A DNA stretch of 64,000 bases from Bacteroidia bacterium (GCA_038237845.1 JBBRYH010000013.1:5454-69453); one strand, 5' to 3'; positions 21,235 through 30,351 are shown, counted from the stretch's first letter. A program made the numbers and translations. The notes: generated from the sequence alone by a model not told the origin.

Positions 21235-23595
21235 CTAAAAAGAAATCTTAAAACTAGGCACAACCAACAATCCTGTTTGATGACTCGTAACAATGGAGTT
21301 GGTAGCCGCATCATAATCCTGCGTAAATACATTTTTATGATTGGTCGCATTCAGAAACTCAACTGATAATTGCTGAGTAATGTGTTTGCCATTATGTATC
21401 CAGCCTATTTTAGAATCAATTCTGAAATATCCATCATAGCGACTTTCAAAAGCGTGGCTGTAATCATAAACTGCATATCCGGCTAACTGAGACGCGGCGA
21501 GATTAATTGGAATATATCTTTTTCCGCCTGCAGCATTCATTTTTAGATCAAGAGAAATCGTATTCTTAGTATTCAATTTAAATTCTTTACCACCTAAAAG
21601 ATTCACAACATAATTTCCTGAAAAAGCAGTTTGCCTTTCAATATTATCATAAGGAGTGCAATAGGAGCGATAAAAAGAAGTCGTCAATAAAAAATAATAT
21701 CCTTTGCTGTAGAATTTTTCCACGGTTAATTCTATGCCATAATTTCTTCCAGTTCCACTGTTTAACAAACTGTCAATTCCAGGAGCATCAAAATTTGCTC
21801 CCTCATTTAATCCGGAATAAGTTGGGTATTGTGAACGAACAGGAATGTCATAGAGATATTGATAATAAACTTCTGCTTTTAATCGCATGTTCTTTGCAAA
21901 ATTCCAATCGTCTGCCAATACATAATGAATGGCTCTTGAAAAATCAACATCCTTATTTGTTAGGACATAAGATCCGTCAGTCATTAGCGTCTGATTGAAA
22001 TAAGTGAAAATACTTTGCATCTGACTATGCATTCCGGCTCCAATGGAAATAGAATTTTTTTCATTCGTTTGCCATCTGAAACCACCACGAGGTTCAACTG
22101 CATAAGAATTATTTAAAAGCAATAATTGTCCGTGTACACCCAAATTCAACGTAAGGCGATCGGTGAATTTATGTTGCCATTGTGAATACCCTTGTAATAG
22201 CAAAGTGACTTTATCAATATCACGAATAGTATGATCTAGAACGCCATTCAAAAATGCTGTATCATGGAGATTGACAAAAATATCAGTTGCAGTAACTCCT
22301 GACTTCAACGTATTCTTTGAATTAAATTTTTCCAGAAACATATAATTCGCAGTAATTTTTCTTTGAAGAAATACACTTCCGTAACTTCTCCATTTTGAAT
22401 TGTCAGCACGTGAAAATGAATCCTGTCGAGTAAGATTCTGCATTCCTGTTGCTGCAATGGTGAATTTGCTCAGCCCTGTTGAACCAACGATATAAGTATG
22501 CGTAATGCCAGTCATTCCAGTTTTGGTTCCATAGTCTGTGTCATAACCTCCTTGTGTATAGAGGTTGAGTTTTGTAGTATCAATATCACTATCCCATAAG
22601 GCAATGAAGCTGATGCCACCAACTCCCCAGATATTAAAATCACCGAATTTATTGGTCGGAAAATTTAAATTATAAGAAAGATCTTGATATTTTGGAATGG
22701 CACTTCCTGTTCCGAAATCAACTCCTATTTTTTGAAATAATACCAATGATGAAAAACGATAATTTACTAAAAAGGAGGAACCCATTTTTTTTGAAATCGG
22801 TCCTTCCATTCCGCCTTCAAATCCATTAAAGCCAACTTGAGCCATGAACTCAAATTTTTCATTATTCCCTTTGCGCATTCTCAAATCAAAAACTCCCGAA
22901 GTTGCATTTCCATATTCAGCCGGAAAAGCACTGGTCATAAAGTCGGAATTGTCAAGCACGTTATTATTTAACATACTTACAGGGCCGCCTGTGCTACCGA
23001 AAGAACCAAAGTGATTTGGATTCGGAATGTCGGCACCATTCAATCGCCATAAAACGCCAAGTGGAGAGTTGCCTCGTATTACAACATCGTTTCTTGAATC
23101 ATCAGCTCCGCTAACACCCGCATAATTTTGTGCCATTCTCGAAGGATCACCTAGGCTTCCAGCATAACGTTGTGTTTCTTCGATGGTAAATGATCTACCA
23201 CTCACGGAAATCATTTCATTCAAGGGTTTTGTTTTTTCTGATTCACCGGTAATAACAACTTCTTCTCCATTAATTACCGACTCTTCCATTTCAACATTCA
23301 GTACAATTTCTTTTCCAGAGGTAACCACAACTGGCATAGAACGGTCTTTGTATCCAAGATATTTAAACACCATTAGATGTCGGCCGATCGTTACATTTTC
23401 AAAGCGAAAATTTCCATCAACATCTGTGGACGTATTGCGCATGTTTACACCCGTATCAGCTAATAAAACGATTACCCCAACAAGTTCGCTTTTGGTTTGA
23501 TTATCCACGATTTGACCACGAACAGTTTGTGTCGGAATTTGCGCCAGGATTTCAAAACCTGAAAAAAGAAATAAGTAGAGGAAAATATTTTTCAT
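21235..23595 (-). CDS. TonB-dependent receptor with N-terminal carboxypeptidase-regulatory-like domain
   Basis: Signal peptide, then VRGQIVDNQTK...GNFRFENV (CarboxypepD_reg-like), a plug segment (VVIRGNSPLGVLWRLNG), a long beta-rich region and a terminal aromatic residue (KISF). Confidence 0.8.
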   Translation of the reverse strand: MKNIFLYLFLFSGFEILAQIPTQTVRGQIVDNQTKSELVGVIVLLADTGVNMRNTSTDVDGNFRFENVTIGRHLMVFKYLGYKDRSMPVVVTSGKEIVLNVEMEESVINGEEVVITGESEKTKPLNEMISVSGRSFTIEETQRYAGSLGDPSRMAQNYAGVSGADDSRNDVVIRGNSPLGVLWRLNGADIPNPNHFGSFGSTGGPVSMLNNNVLDNSDFMTSAFPAEYGNATSGVFDLRMRKGNNEKFEFMAQVGFNGFEGGMEGPISKKMGSSFLVNYRFSSLVLFQKIGVDFGTGSAIPKYQDLSYNLNFPTNKFGDFNIWGVGGISFIALWDSDIDTTKLNLYTQGGYDTDYGTKTGMTGITHTYIVGSTGLSKFTIAATGMQNLTRQDSFSRADNSKWRSYGSVFLQRKITANYMFLEKFNSKNTLKSGVTATDIFVNLHDTAFLNGVLDHTIRDIDKVTLLLQGYSQWQHKFTDRLTLNLGVHGQLLLLNNSYAVEPRGGFRWQTNEKNSISIGAGMHSQMQSIFTYFNQTLMTDGSYVLTNKDVDFSRAIHYVLADDWNFAKNMRLKAEVYYQYLYDIPVRSQYPTYSGLNEGANFDAPGIDSLLNSGTGRNYGIELTVEKFYSKGYYFLLTTSFYRSYCTPYDNIERQTAFSGNYVVNLLGGKEFKLNTKNTISLDLKMNAAGGKRYIPINLAASQLAGYAVYDYSHAFESRYDGYFRIDSKIGWIHNGKHITQQLSVEFLNATNHKNVFTQDYDAATNSIVTSHQTGLLVVPSFKISF

Positions 23596-23796
23596 GAGCG
23601 TGTAAATTTAGTCAATCTTAAACGAACGTAAAAAGGCTCTTTTGGGCTTAAAAACGGATGATTCTGTCTGAATTCTGTAGAAACCCTTGCTTTGGAGTAA
23701 AAGAGTAAGTTTACATTGCAATAATCTTAAATTTACATTCGGAATTATTTAGGGTTCTACATTCATTCAGATTTGCCATTATTAAACGAATTAAAA

Positions 23797-25476
23797 ATGA
23801 AAAAAATCTTTGCATTATCATCCATGTTGTTCTTTGGCTCACTAGTCTTAAATGCGCAATGGAATCCTAGCCCAACTATAAATAATCCTGTCTGCATGCA
23901 AACAAATGATCAGAAAGATCTTCGAATGATTTCTGATTTTCGTGGGGGTGCAATTATTACTTGGATAGATTTCAGAAACGATCAGAATTCTCCTGGAGTA
24001 TCAGCAGATATTTTTGTGCAGCGTATGAACTCAAATGGAACTGCTCAGTGGACTGCAAATGGCACTGCAGTTTGTATCGATGGTGCAAATCAAACCTTTC
24101 CAGTATTGGCAACAGATGGTAAAAAAGGCGCTATTATAACTTGGCAGGATTGGAGAAGTGGGGATCGTGATATTTATGCTCAACGAATAGATTCTTCTGG
24201 AAATATACTTTGGACTTTAAATGGAGTTGGGGTTGCCGTAAAAAACGCACATCAAAAAAGTCCAAGAATTGCGCCTGATGGAATGAATGGTGCTTTTATC
24301 GTTTGGGAAGATTCTATTAATGGATCTTGGGATATTTATGAGCAGCATATTGATGCTAATGGATTTGCCCAGTGGGCTGCAGGAGGAGTGGCGGTTTGTA
24401 CCAGCGCAGATGAACAAATCAATCCTAAAATGGTCGTAGATGCTGCAGGAAATTCTTACATCACTTGGCAAGATAAACGAAACAGTGTAGATTATGATGT
24501 GTATTGCCAGAAGATGAATTCAAGTGGGGTTGCACAATGGACTGCAAATGGAATTCCAGTGGCAGTAACCACGAATACGCAATCCAATCCGAAAATTGTT
24601 TTGGATTATACTGGAATGGTAATAATCGGCTGGCAGGATAAACGAAATAACATTGATTATAATATCTATGCACAAAGAATAAGTTCTTTAGGTGTTGTTC
24701 AATGGGCTTCTAATGGTGTTGCAGTTTGTAATGCTGTTGGAAATCAAAGTGCAATTGATATGACTACAGAAAATATTACGGATGGTGCTATTATTTCCTG
24801 GAAAGATGGTAGAAATGCAAATGTGAATATTTACTCACAGAAAATTGATTTGTATGGAAATTTCCCATGGTCTATTCCAGCAAACGGAGTTTTGATTTCT
24901 GCTGCAAGTAGAGGTCAAATTAATCCAAACAGTGTTGGAGATGGATATGGAGGAGCAATTGTAGTGTGGCAGGATTCTTTAGCTGGTGTGTGGAACGTTT
25001 ATAGTCAACGAATTTCAACTTATGGAGGATTGCTTTGGACAGCAGGCGGTGTAGCCATTGGAACAGCAGTAGACAATCAAACAAGTCCAAAAAACATTGC
25101 AGATGGAAATGGTGGATGTATTTTTGCATTTCAGGATAAAAGAAATGGCGATTTTGATGTTTATGCTTATAAACTAGATTATGCAGGAGTAGTTTCTTCT
25201 ACAAATGAAATTACCGCTGAAAATAATACATCAATTAATGTATATCCAAATCCATCTTCAGGAGAGATTAATTTTGTTTTGCAAAATCCAGATCCTACAA
25301 ATACAACTTGGGAACTTAAGATTTTTGACATGACCGGGTCGCTTGTATTTTCAAAAGAAATTTCAGGAACGGATCATTATTTAATGAATGAAAATCTTGA
25401 TGCAGGATCATATTATTTTCAAACCATAAATTCAAAAGGTGTGAATAGAATTGGAAGATTTGAAATCATTCATTAA
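23797..25476 (+). CDS. T9SS type A cargo built from eight repeats of about 55 aa (predicted beta-propeller)
   Basis: The ATG at 23797 gives the signal peptide MKKIFALSSMLFFGSLVLNAQ (the track start at 23773 is a TTG). Eight copies of W-[TA]-x-[NG]-G-x-[AP]-V...Q..P...DG.GGAII.WQD.R....D[IV]Y.Q[RK][IM]...G...W. C-terminal VYPNPSSGEINF...GSYYFQT CTD. Confidence 0.8.
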   Translation: MKKIFALSSMLFFGSLVLNAQWNPSPTINNPVCMQTNDQKDLRMISDFRGGAIITWIDFRNDQNSPGVSADIFVQRMNSNGTAQWTANGTAVCIDGANQTFPVLATDGKKGAIITWQDWRSGDRDIYAQRIDSSGNILWTLNGVGVAVKNAHQKSPRIAPDGMNGAFIVWEDSINGSWDIYEQHIDANGFAQWAAGGVAVCTSADEQINPKMVVDAAGNSYITWQDKRNSVDYDVYCQKMNSSGVAQWTANGIPVAVTTNTQSNPKIVLDYTGMVIIGWQDKRNNIDYNIYAQRISSLGVVQWASNGVAVCNAVGNQSAIDMTTENITDGAIISWKDGRNANVNIYSQKIDLYGNFPWSIPANGVLISAASRGQINPNSVGDGYGGAIVVWQDSLAGVWNVYSQRISTYGGLLWTAGGVAIGTAVDNQTSPKNIADGNGGCIFAFQDKRNGDFDVYAYKLDYAGVVSSTNEITAENNTSINVYPNPSSGEINFVLQNPDPTNTTWELKIFDMTGSLVFSKEISGTDHYLMNENLDAGSYYFQTINSKGVNRIGRFEIIH

Positions 25477-25489
25477 TTCAAAGGAAATA

Positions 25490-25528
25490 AAAAGTCCGGA
25501 TAGCATTAGATTTCTATTCGGACTTTTT
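25490..25528 (+). terminator. strong hairpin terminator after the 8-repeat gene (probably bidirectional)
   Basis: 14-bp stem aaaagtccggatag / ctattcggactttt with one G-U pair and a 10-nt loop. An A-run precedes it and a T-run follows. Confidence 0.65.
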
Positions 25529-25534
25529 CGTGAA

Positions 25535-25636
25535 TTAACTTTCAGATCTCTTCGGTCCCGGTTGAAAAGTTTTCAGATAAAACGGTTCGAAATAAGCAAG
25601 ATCTTCAAAATCATTTGCGAGAAATTTGGTTTCTGC
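25535..25636 (-). pseudogene. tsaB: orphan 3-prime fragment of tsaB (33 codons plus stop); left copy of the direct repeat bounding the islet
   Basis: The minus strand encodes AETKFLANDFEDLAYFEPFYLKTFQPGPKRSES-stop, matching the C-terminus of the intact tsaB at 32710-32811. Positions 25557-25636 are identical to 32732-32811 over 80 bp. Confidence 0.8.
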
Positions 25637-25717
25637 GTGTGTCATCATGTTTTTTGATGAACAATTTCCCACTTAAGTTCAGATTTATAAATAACAACCC
25701 AATCATTTGTTTTTGTC

Positions 25718-27538
25718 TTGAATAGTTATAAATTAGCATTTCAACCACAAAAAACGCATCATGAAAATTACCCCCCCCCCTTCAAAATTTTAGGAACTCT
25801 TTCCTTTTTCTTATTAGTAATGTCGGCTGAATCTTTTGCGCAGCAAGGAGCAAAATGGGCAACTGGAGGGAACTCCATTTCTAACGTAGATTTTTTAGGC
25901 ACAACAAATAATTTTCCACTTCTGTTTAAAGTCAACAGCACACAAAAAATGTCGTTAAGTACGACAGGTGTTTTGCAATTGAATTCACTTTCTGGAACAG
26001 GAATCGGTTTTGCGTGGTTTGATGCAAATGGAAATTTATCACGCACAAATTTTCCGAACGATACAAATAAAGTGTTGACTGGTAATGGAACGTTTGCCAG
26101 TTTTTCTTCCGCCGGAGGTTGGGCACATAGCGGAAATAATATTTACAATTCAAATTCCGGATTTGTAGGAATAGGAACGAATAATCCGCAAGCACTTCTT
26201 CATGTAAACGGAAATGCAATTGTCAACGGAACTTTATTTTCGACGGCAATTGCCGGTGTGCAAAGTTTCAGAGCAGATACGATTTTGGGTGCGGTAGAAA
26301 TGATGGTTGCTAATATATTGTGCATGGAAGGAGGTGCGCTTGCGGGAGTTTGTACAAAAACAGGCGATCTTACTTTACAAAGTCATATTGGTTCAAATGG
26401 CAATACGATTATGAACGCAGGTACATTCGGTAATGTTGGAATTGGAAATTTTTCACCGCAATATAAATTAGATGTGAATGGTGATGCGCGATTCAGTGGT
26501 AGTATTAGAACACAACGCATCAGACCTTTGCCGGGTGACACTGCTGTAATTATCGGCGACAGTTCAATCTGGATAAGTACGAGCAATAGAATTTTTCCTT
26601 ATGGTCCAAGCACGATTTATAAAGGCATCGCAATCGGGAATTTGAATTCTACTGCACGAGGACTGAATTCACTTGCGTTCGGAACAGGTGTCTGGACAAC
26701 TTCAACTGCAAATTATGCGGTAGTACTTGGTTCTGGTGCTCCAACAGCCTCCTTGAAAAATGATATTGCTAATTCATTGATGATTGGATTCAACAGTAAT
26801 ATCCCAACTTTATTTGTTGGACCGGCAAGTGGTGCAGGAACTTATGGAAATGTGGGAATCAGGACAACCAATCCGCAAGCAGATTTTCAGGTAGGAAATA
26901 ATGTACAAAAAGTGACAATGGGTTCTTCTTATGGCATTGTCGGATCAAATGGAAATACTTTTAGCAATGCATACATCGGATTTAATGTGGCCCGAACGTC
27001 TCCGGGGCAATGGGGAACAGAAAATGATGGCGGAGGAAATGGCGGAGTTGTTTTATTAGGCGATATGGGCGGAGGTTTCCGCATAAGTGGTATTCCAACA
27101 ACAGGTCCATCAAATCAAACTTTGAGTGATCAATTTATAGCAGATCACACAAAATTTTATGTGCGGAATGATGGTAGAGTAATAATTGGCTCGGAAACAA
27201 TGGTAAATGGGCCTCATGATCAGCCATCAACTTTATTGACTGTAGACGGTACTGCAATCTGCAGAGAACTTTTTGTTACACAAAACAATTGGGCGGATTC
27301 TATTTTTTCTCCTGACTATAATCTTATGCCGTTAACTTCCCTGCAAAATTATTTGGATTCTGCAGGACATTTACCAGGTGTTCCAAGTGCAACAGAAGTA
27401 CAAAAAGATGGTAATAATGTCGGACAAACTGAAATAATTTTATTGGCAAAAATTGAAGAGTTGACTTTATATATGTTGCAATTGCAAAAGCAGAACGCAG
27501 AAATGCAAAAAGAGTTGGACGAAATGAAAGTGAGATAA
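25718..27538 (+). CDS. tail-fibre-like surface protein with a conserved Bacteroidota C-terminal module and terminal coiled coil
   Basis: 606-aa ORF. Repeated VGIGTNNPQALLHVNGNA / VGIGNFSPQYKLDVNGDA / VGIRTTNPQADFQVGNN motifs are typical of trimeric fibre proteins. The C-terminus is WADSIFSPDYNLMPL..L..YL...GHLPGVPSA.EV.K.G.NVG......L.KIEELTLYML plus a coiled coil. The start is ambiguous: TTG at 25718, or ATG at 25761, which is out of frame at the C10 tract. Confidence 0.7.
   Translation: MNSYKLAFQPQKTHHENYPPPFKILGTLSFFLLVMSAESFAQQGAKWATGGNSISNVDFLGTTNNFPLLFKVNSTQKMSLSTTGVLQLNSLSGTGIGFAWFDANGNLSRTNFPNDTNKVLTGNGTFASFSSAGGWAHSGNNIYNSNSGFVGIGTNNPQALLHVNGNAIVNGTLFSTAIAGVQSFRADTILGAVEMMVANILCMEGGALAGVCTKTGDLTLQSHIGSNGNTIMNAGTFGNVGIGNFSPQYKLDVNGDARFSGSIRTQRIRPLPGDTAVIIGDSSIWISTSNRIFPYGPSTIYKGIAIGNLNSTARGLNSLAFGTGVWTTSTANYAVVLGSGAPTASLKNDIANSLMIGFNSNIPTLFVGPASGAGTYGNVGIRTTNPQADFQVGNNVQKVTMGSSYGIVGSNGNTFSNAYIGFNVARTSPGQWGTENDGGGNGGVVLLGDMGGGFRISGIPTTGPSNQTLSDQFIADHTKFYVRNDGRVIIGSETMVNGPHDQPSTLLTVDGTAICRELFVTQNNWADSIFSPDYNLMPLTSLQNYLDSAGHLPGVPSATEVQKDGNNVGQTEIILLAKIEELTLYMLQLQKQNAEMQKELDEMKVR
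25771..25780 (+). repeat. homopolymeric C10 tract within the first codons of the tail-fibre-like gene
   Basis: Ten consecutive C residues, starting 10 nt after the A of the ATG at 25761. It is the only long G/C homopolymer I saw in this AT-rich window. Confidence 0.9.
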
Positions 27539-27541
27539 GTT

Positions 27542-28102
27542 ATGAGGGTTTTAGTGCTGTTTTTTGTTTTGTTATCTATATCTGGTTTTTCTAGGAATAC
27601 TGGTGATACTCTATTGCCAAGAAATTCACTTTGCATTGGTGTGGCTGGCCGTTTTGTGGAAGGAATTGGGTTTAACTATGAATTCATATTGGCTAAAAAG
27701 AAATTAAACAATTATCCTAAAGTCTTTACTTCCCTTGAAGCAAATTTGGGTTATGCTGGATACATTTTTGTAATTTCTGGCATTGGCATTTCAAGAAATT
27801 GGTCATTAATGAAAAATCACAGAATGTATTTTAATGTTGGAGTTATTGGTTCTGGCTTAATTGCTTTGCCCCCAACACCAAAATACATTAGGGAAATGTA
27901 TAAAAACACTTCGAATATTCCAGTTGAAGTTCTTCATCCAATTGAGCCCTGGCTTTTTGGAAATTTTGGGATGAGGTATTTTTTTCACCGTTATTTTATT
28001 CAATTGAGTTTTACACCTTTCCTTTTTTACGACAGAGTTTATAAACATAGGTTTTACGAAAGCCCTTGGGGTGAAATTTCCTTTGGAATAAATTTTAACT
28101 AA
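27542..28102 (+). CDS. hypothetical secreted beta-rich protein (possible small outer-membrane beta-barrel), paralogue of the next gene
   Basis: Signal peptide MRVLVLFFVLLSISGFS. Alternating hydrophobic/aromatic pattern and an aromatic C-terminal segment (ISFGINF). Starts 3 nt after the upstream stop. Confidence 0.6.
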   Translation: MRVLVLFFVLLSISGFSRNTGDTLLPRNSLCIGVAGRFVEGIGFNYEFILAKKKLNNYPKVFTSLEANLGYAGYIFVISGIGISRNWSLMKNHRMYFNVGVIGSGLIALPPTPKYIREMYKNTSNIPVEVLHPIEPWLFGNFGMRYFFHRYFIQLSFTPFLFYDRVYKHRFYESPWGEISFGINFN

Positions 28103-28123
28103 CATCATTTTAAAAAAAAGAAA

Positions 28124-28813
28124 ATGTACATATCCAATCGAATTAATATAATTAGTGTGTTCCTATTGATCTGCGTAAAACTTTCTGCACAGTATAGTGA
28201 GAACTTTGTGCAGAATGGTGGATTCGAAAATGTTGCTTCAGGTTATAGTTGTGTGTGGTGTCCGACTAATTCTCAAAATTCCGGCGATACACTCAATTCC
28301 AAGAATTCCATTTACGTTGAAATCGGAGGTGTAGGCGTTTTTTATTCTATTAATTATGAGCGAATGCTTTTTCAAAAAAATAATTGTAACATCAGTTTTA
28401 ACTCAGGAATAAGTTGTGACCCTTTTATGGTTGGGTATTCGAATCTAGATAATTACTTCTTCCTGTTTCCCAATGCTATTTCTTTTCGCATAGGTAGACA
28501 TTCTTCCAAATTAGAATTTAAATTTAATGGATCATTATTAATCAATCCAAAATTCTTTCCAACAAATATGCCTGAGCGACTTGACCTTAGAAAAAATTAC
28601 ATTTATGGTTATACCTATAAACCACTATGTCAGTTTGTGTTTAACCCGATTCTATCATATCGGTACGAAAAAAACATTTTTTTTTATACATTGAGTTACA
28701 CGCCTTTTCTATATCGACAGTTTGAAAAAGTATCATTTGGCCCTTTTGTAAAAACAGTGTTTTTCTCATGGGCGGGACTAAGTGTTGGTTATCATTTTAA
28801 AAAAACGAAATGA
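28124..28813 (+). CDS. hypothetical secreted beta-rich protein, paralogue of the 27542-28102 product with an extra N-terminal NGGFE module
   Basis: Signal peptide ending in SAQ. It shares GDTL..[RK]NS, [FI]NYE, LS[FY]TPFL[FY] and W[GA]..S[FV]G[IY].F blocks with the upstream protein. Confidence 0.6.
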   Translation: MYISNRINIISVFLLICVKLSAQYSENFVQNGGFENVASGYSCVWCPTNSQNSGDTLNSKNSIYVEIGGVGVFYSINYERMLFQKNNCNISFNSGISCDPFMVGYSNLDNYFFLFPNAISFRIGRHSSKLEFKFNGSLLINPKFFPTNMPERLDLRKNYIYGYTYKPLCQFVFNPILSYRYEKNIFFYTLSYTPFLYRQFEKVSFGPFVKTVFFSWAGLSVGYHFKKTK

Positions 28814-29250
28814 AAAAATCAGTTTTGATCACGGGAATTTTGGTAATGACTTCGGTTTTTACAGTCATTGCTCAAACTAATTTGGTTCCAAATCCAAGTT
28901 TTGAAGATGTCACTGGAGGAAATTATTGTGAGAGTGCAGGGGATTGGAGCTCTGTAATAAGTTGGAAACTACCTGACGGAGGAAATACTTGCGGCCCGGG
29001 AACCGCAGATTATCGTAATTCAATTTGCGGTGGAAATAATAGTGCGCGAAATGGAACTGGGTGGGCATTTTGTTTTATTCAACCTGACCAAAATTATTAT
29101 GAGTATATAACACAAGAATTGTCAAGTACATTAATAGTTGGCCGCAAATATTATGTTTCCTTTTATGTCCAATCATTATCAAATTCGGGAAATACATTTG
29201 GAGCAATTCTCACTTCTACTAGACCAAATCAACTGGAGTTAATAATTTAG
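28810..29250 (+). CDS. truncated NLVPNPSFE-type N-terminal domain protein (probable gene remnant)
   Basis: Overlaps the upstream stop by 4 nt (ATGA). Signal peptide plus QTNLVPNPSFEDV...YYVSFYVQ is homologous to the N-terminus of the 30352-31869 protein. It stops after 146 aa with no CTD. Confidence 0.5.
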   Translation: MKKSVLITGILVMTSVFTVIAQTNLVPNPSFEDVTGGNYCESAGDWSSVISWKLPDGGNTCGPGTADYRNSICGGNNSARNGTGWAFCFIQPDQNYYEYITQELSSTLIVGRKYYVSFYVQSLSNSGNTFGAILTSTRPNQLELII

Positions 29251-29302
29251 TTTGGATAGCTACTGACAAAGGTTTGGCGAGTTATCAGCAATAATTTAAA
29301 TA

Positions 29303-30340
29303 ATGAAACGAACTAAAAAAATATCTATCCTTTTCTTTTTCCTTCTCGGAGGATATTTATTGCTTTTCTCAAAGTGTAGAAAAGATCCGCCTATTCACAA
29401 AAGTTTTCCCGGATGGAAAGTATATACTGCACGAGAGATGGGACTTCCTTATGATGATATTACAGTGATCGTTATTGATCGTTTGTCAAATGTGTGGTTG
29501 TACGGAGGTGTATATTTGGTGAAATATGATAATTCCACCTTCCGAGTAATTCCACCTCCGGCTTCACATCCGACCGCTTTTATCTGTAATTGTGGCGTGG
29601 GTAAGGGAGATTATATTTGGTTCGGCAGTAGTGATGCCGGATTATACAAAATGAATATTTTCGATAATAGTTTGCAACTTTTTACTCAGTCCAATTCCGG
29701 ACTCCCGTCCAATGTGGTTTTTGATTTGGCAGCAGATACTGCGAGCAATATACTTTGGATAGCTACTTCAGGTGGTTTAGTTTTTTTTGATGGAAATAAC
29801 TGGCAGGTATTTGATCAGTTTAATTCACCGATGACAGCTACTGAATCAAAGGCTATTACAATTGACGCGTATGGCTCTAAATGGTTTACTGTTAAAAGAC
29901 ACCCATTGTCGCCTAATGATACTTCGGCATATGTAAAGTTCGACGATCAAAATAATGCATGGAGTTTATTTAATACTTCGAACTCCCCATTCCCAATTTA
30001 TGGCGCCTGGGATGCGGTTGTCGATAATGATAATGGAGTTTGGTTTTCAGGTGTTGGATTAGATCGATATTTCCAAGGGGATTGGATAAAATATAACTCA
30101 ACTAATGTTCCCGGATTTCCAAATGATCAGGTACAATGGCTCGCAAAGGATAATAAAGGAAAAATTTGGATTACAACAGCTCATAATGGGTTAATGACAT
30201 TTTACAATGGACAATGGGAACACCTTACTACAGAAAATTCCGGCTTACCTACCGACACAATTTCGTCTCTTGCAATAAAACAAAATGGAGAGGTGTGGAT
30301 CGGAACTATACATGGAGTTGCGGTATTTGATAATCACTAA
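29303..30340 (+). CDS. stand-alone two-component-regulator-propeller (Reg_prop) repeat protein with N-terminal signal/anchor
   Basis: Repeated ...D..GN[IV]W[IF].T..GL..[FY]DG..W units (NILWIATSGGLVFFDGNNW, KIWITTAHNGLMTFYNGQW, EVWIGTIHGVAVFD). No kinase or DNA-binding domain. Confidence 0.7.
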   Translation: MKRTKKISILFFFLLGGYLLLFSKCRKDPPIHKSFPGWKVYTAREMGLPYDDITVIVIDRLSNVWLYGGVYLVKYDNSTFRVIPPPASHPTAFICNCGVGKGDYIWFGSSDAGLYKMNIFDNSLQLFTQSNSGLPSNVVFDLAADTASNILWIATSGGLVFFDGNNWQVFDQFNSPMTATESKAITIDAYGSKWFTVKRHPLSPNDTSAYVKFDDQNNAWSLFNTSNSPFPIYGAWDAVVDNDNGVWFSGVGLDRYFQGDWIKYNSTNVPGFPNDQVQWLAKDNKGKIWITTAHNGLMTFYNGQWEHLTTENSGLPTDTISSLAIKQNGEVWIGTIHGVAVFDNH

Positions 30341-30351
30341 AAGTCATTGTT

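Noticed and set aside
23601-23737. 10-bp inverted repeat tgtaaattta / taaatttaca flanking the divergent promoter region between the TonB receptor and the 8-repeat gene
   Set aside because: An AT-only 10-mer separated by 117 bp in AT-rich intergenic DNA could easily arise by chance. There is no second line of evidence for an operator.
25451-25657. 68-aa plus-strand ORF between the 8-repeat gene and the tail-fibre-like gene
   Set aside because: It spans the hairpin terminator and the antisense of the orphan tsaB fragment. Its open frame is explained by those features, not by coding.
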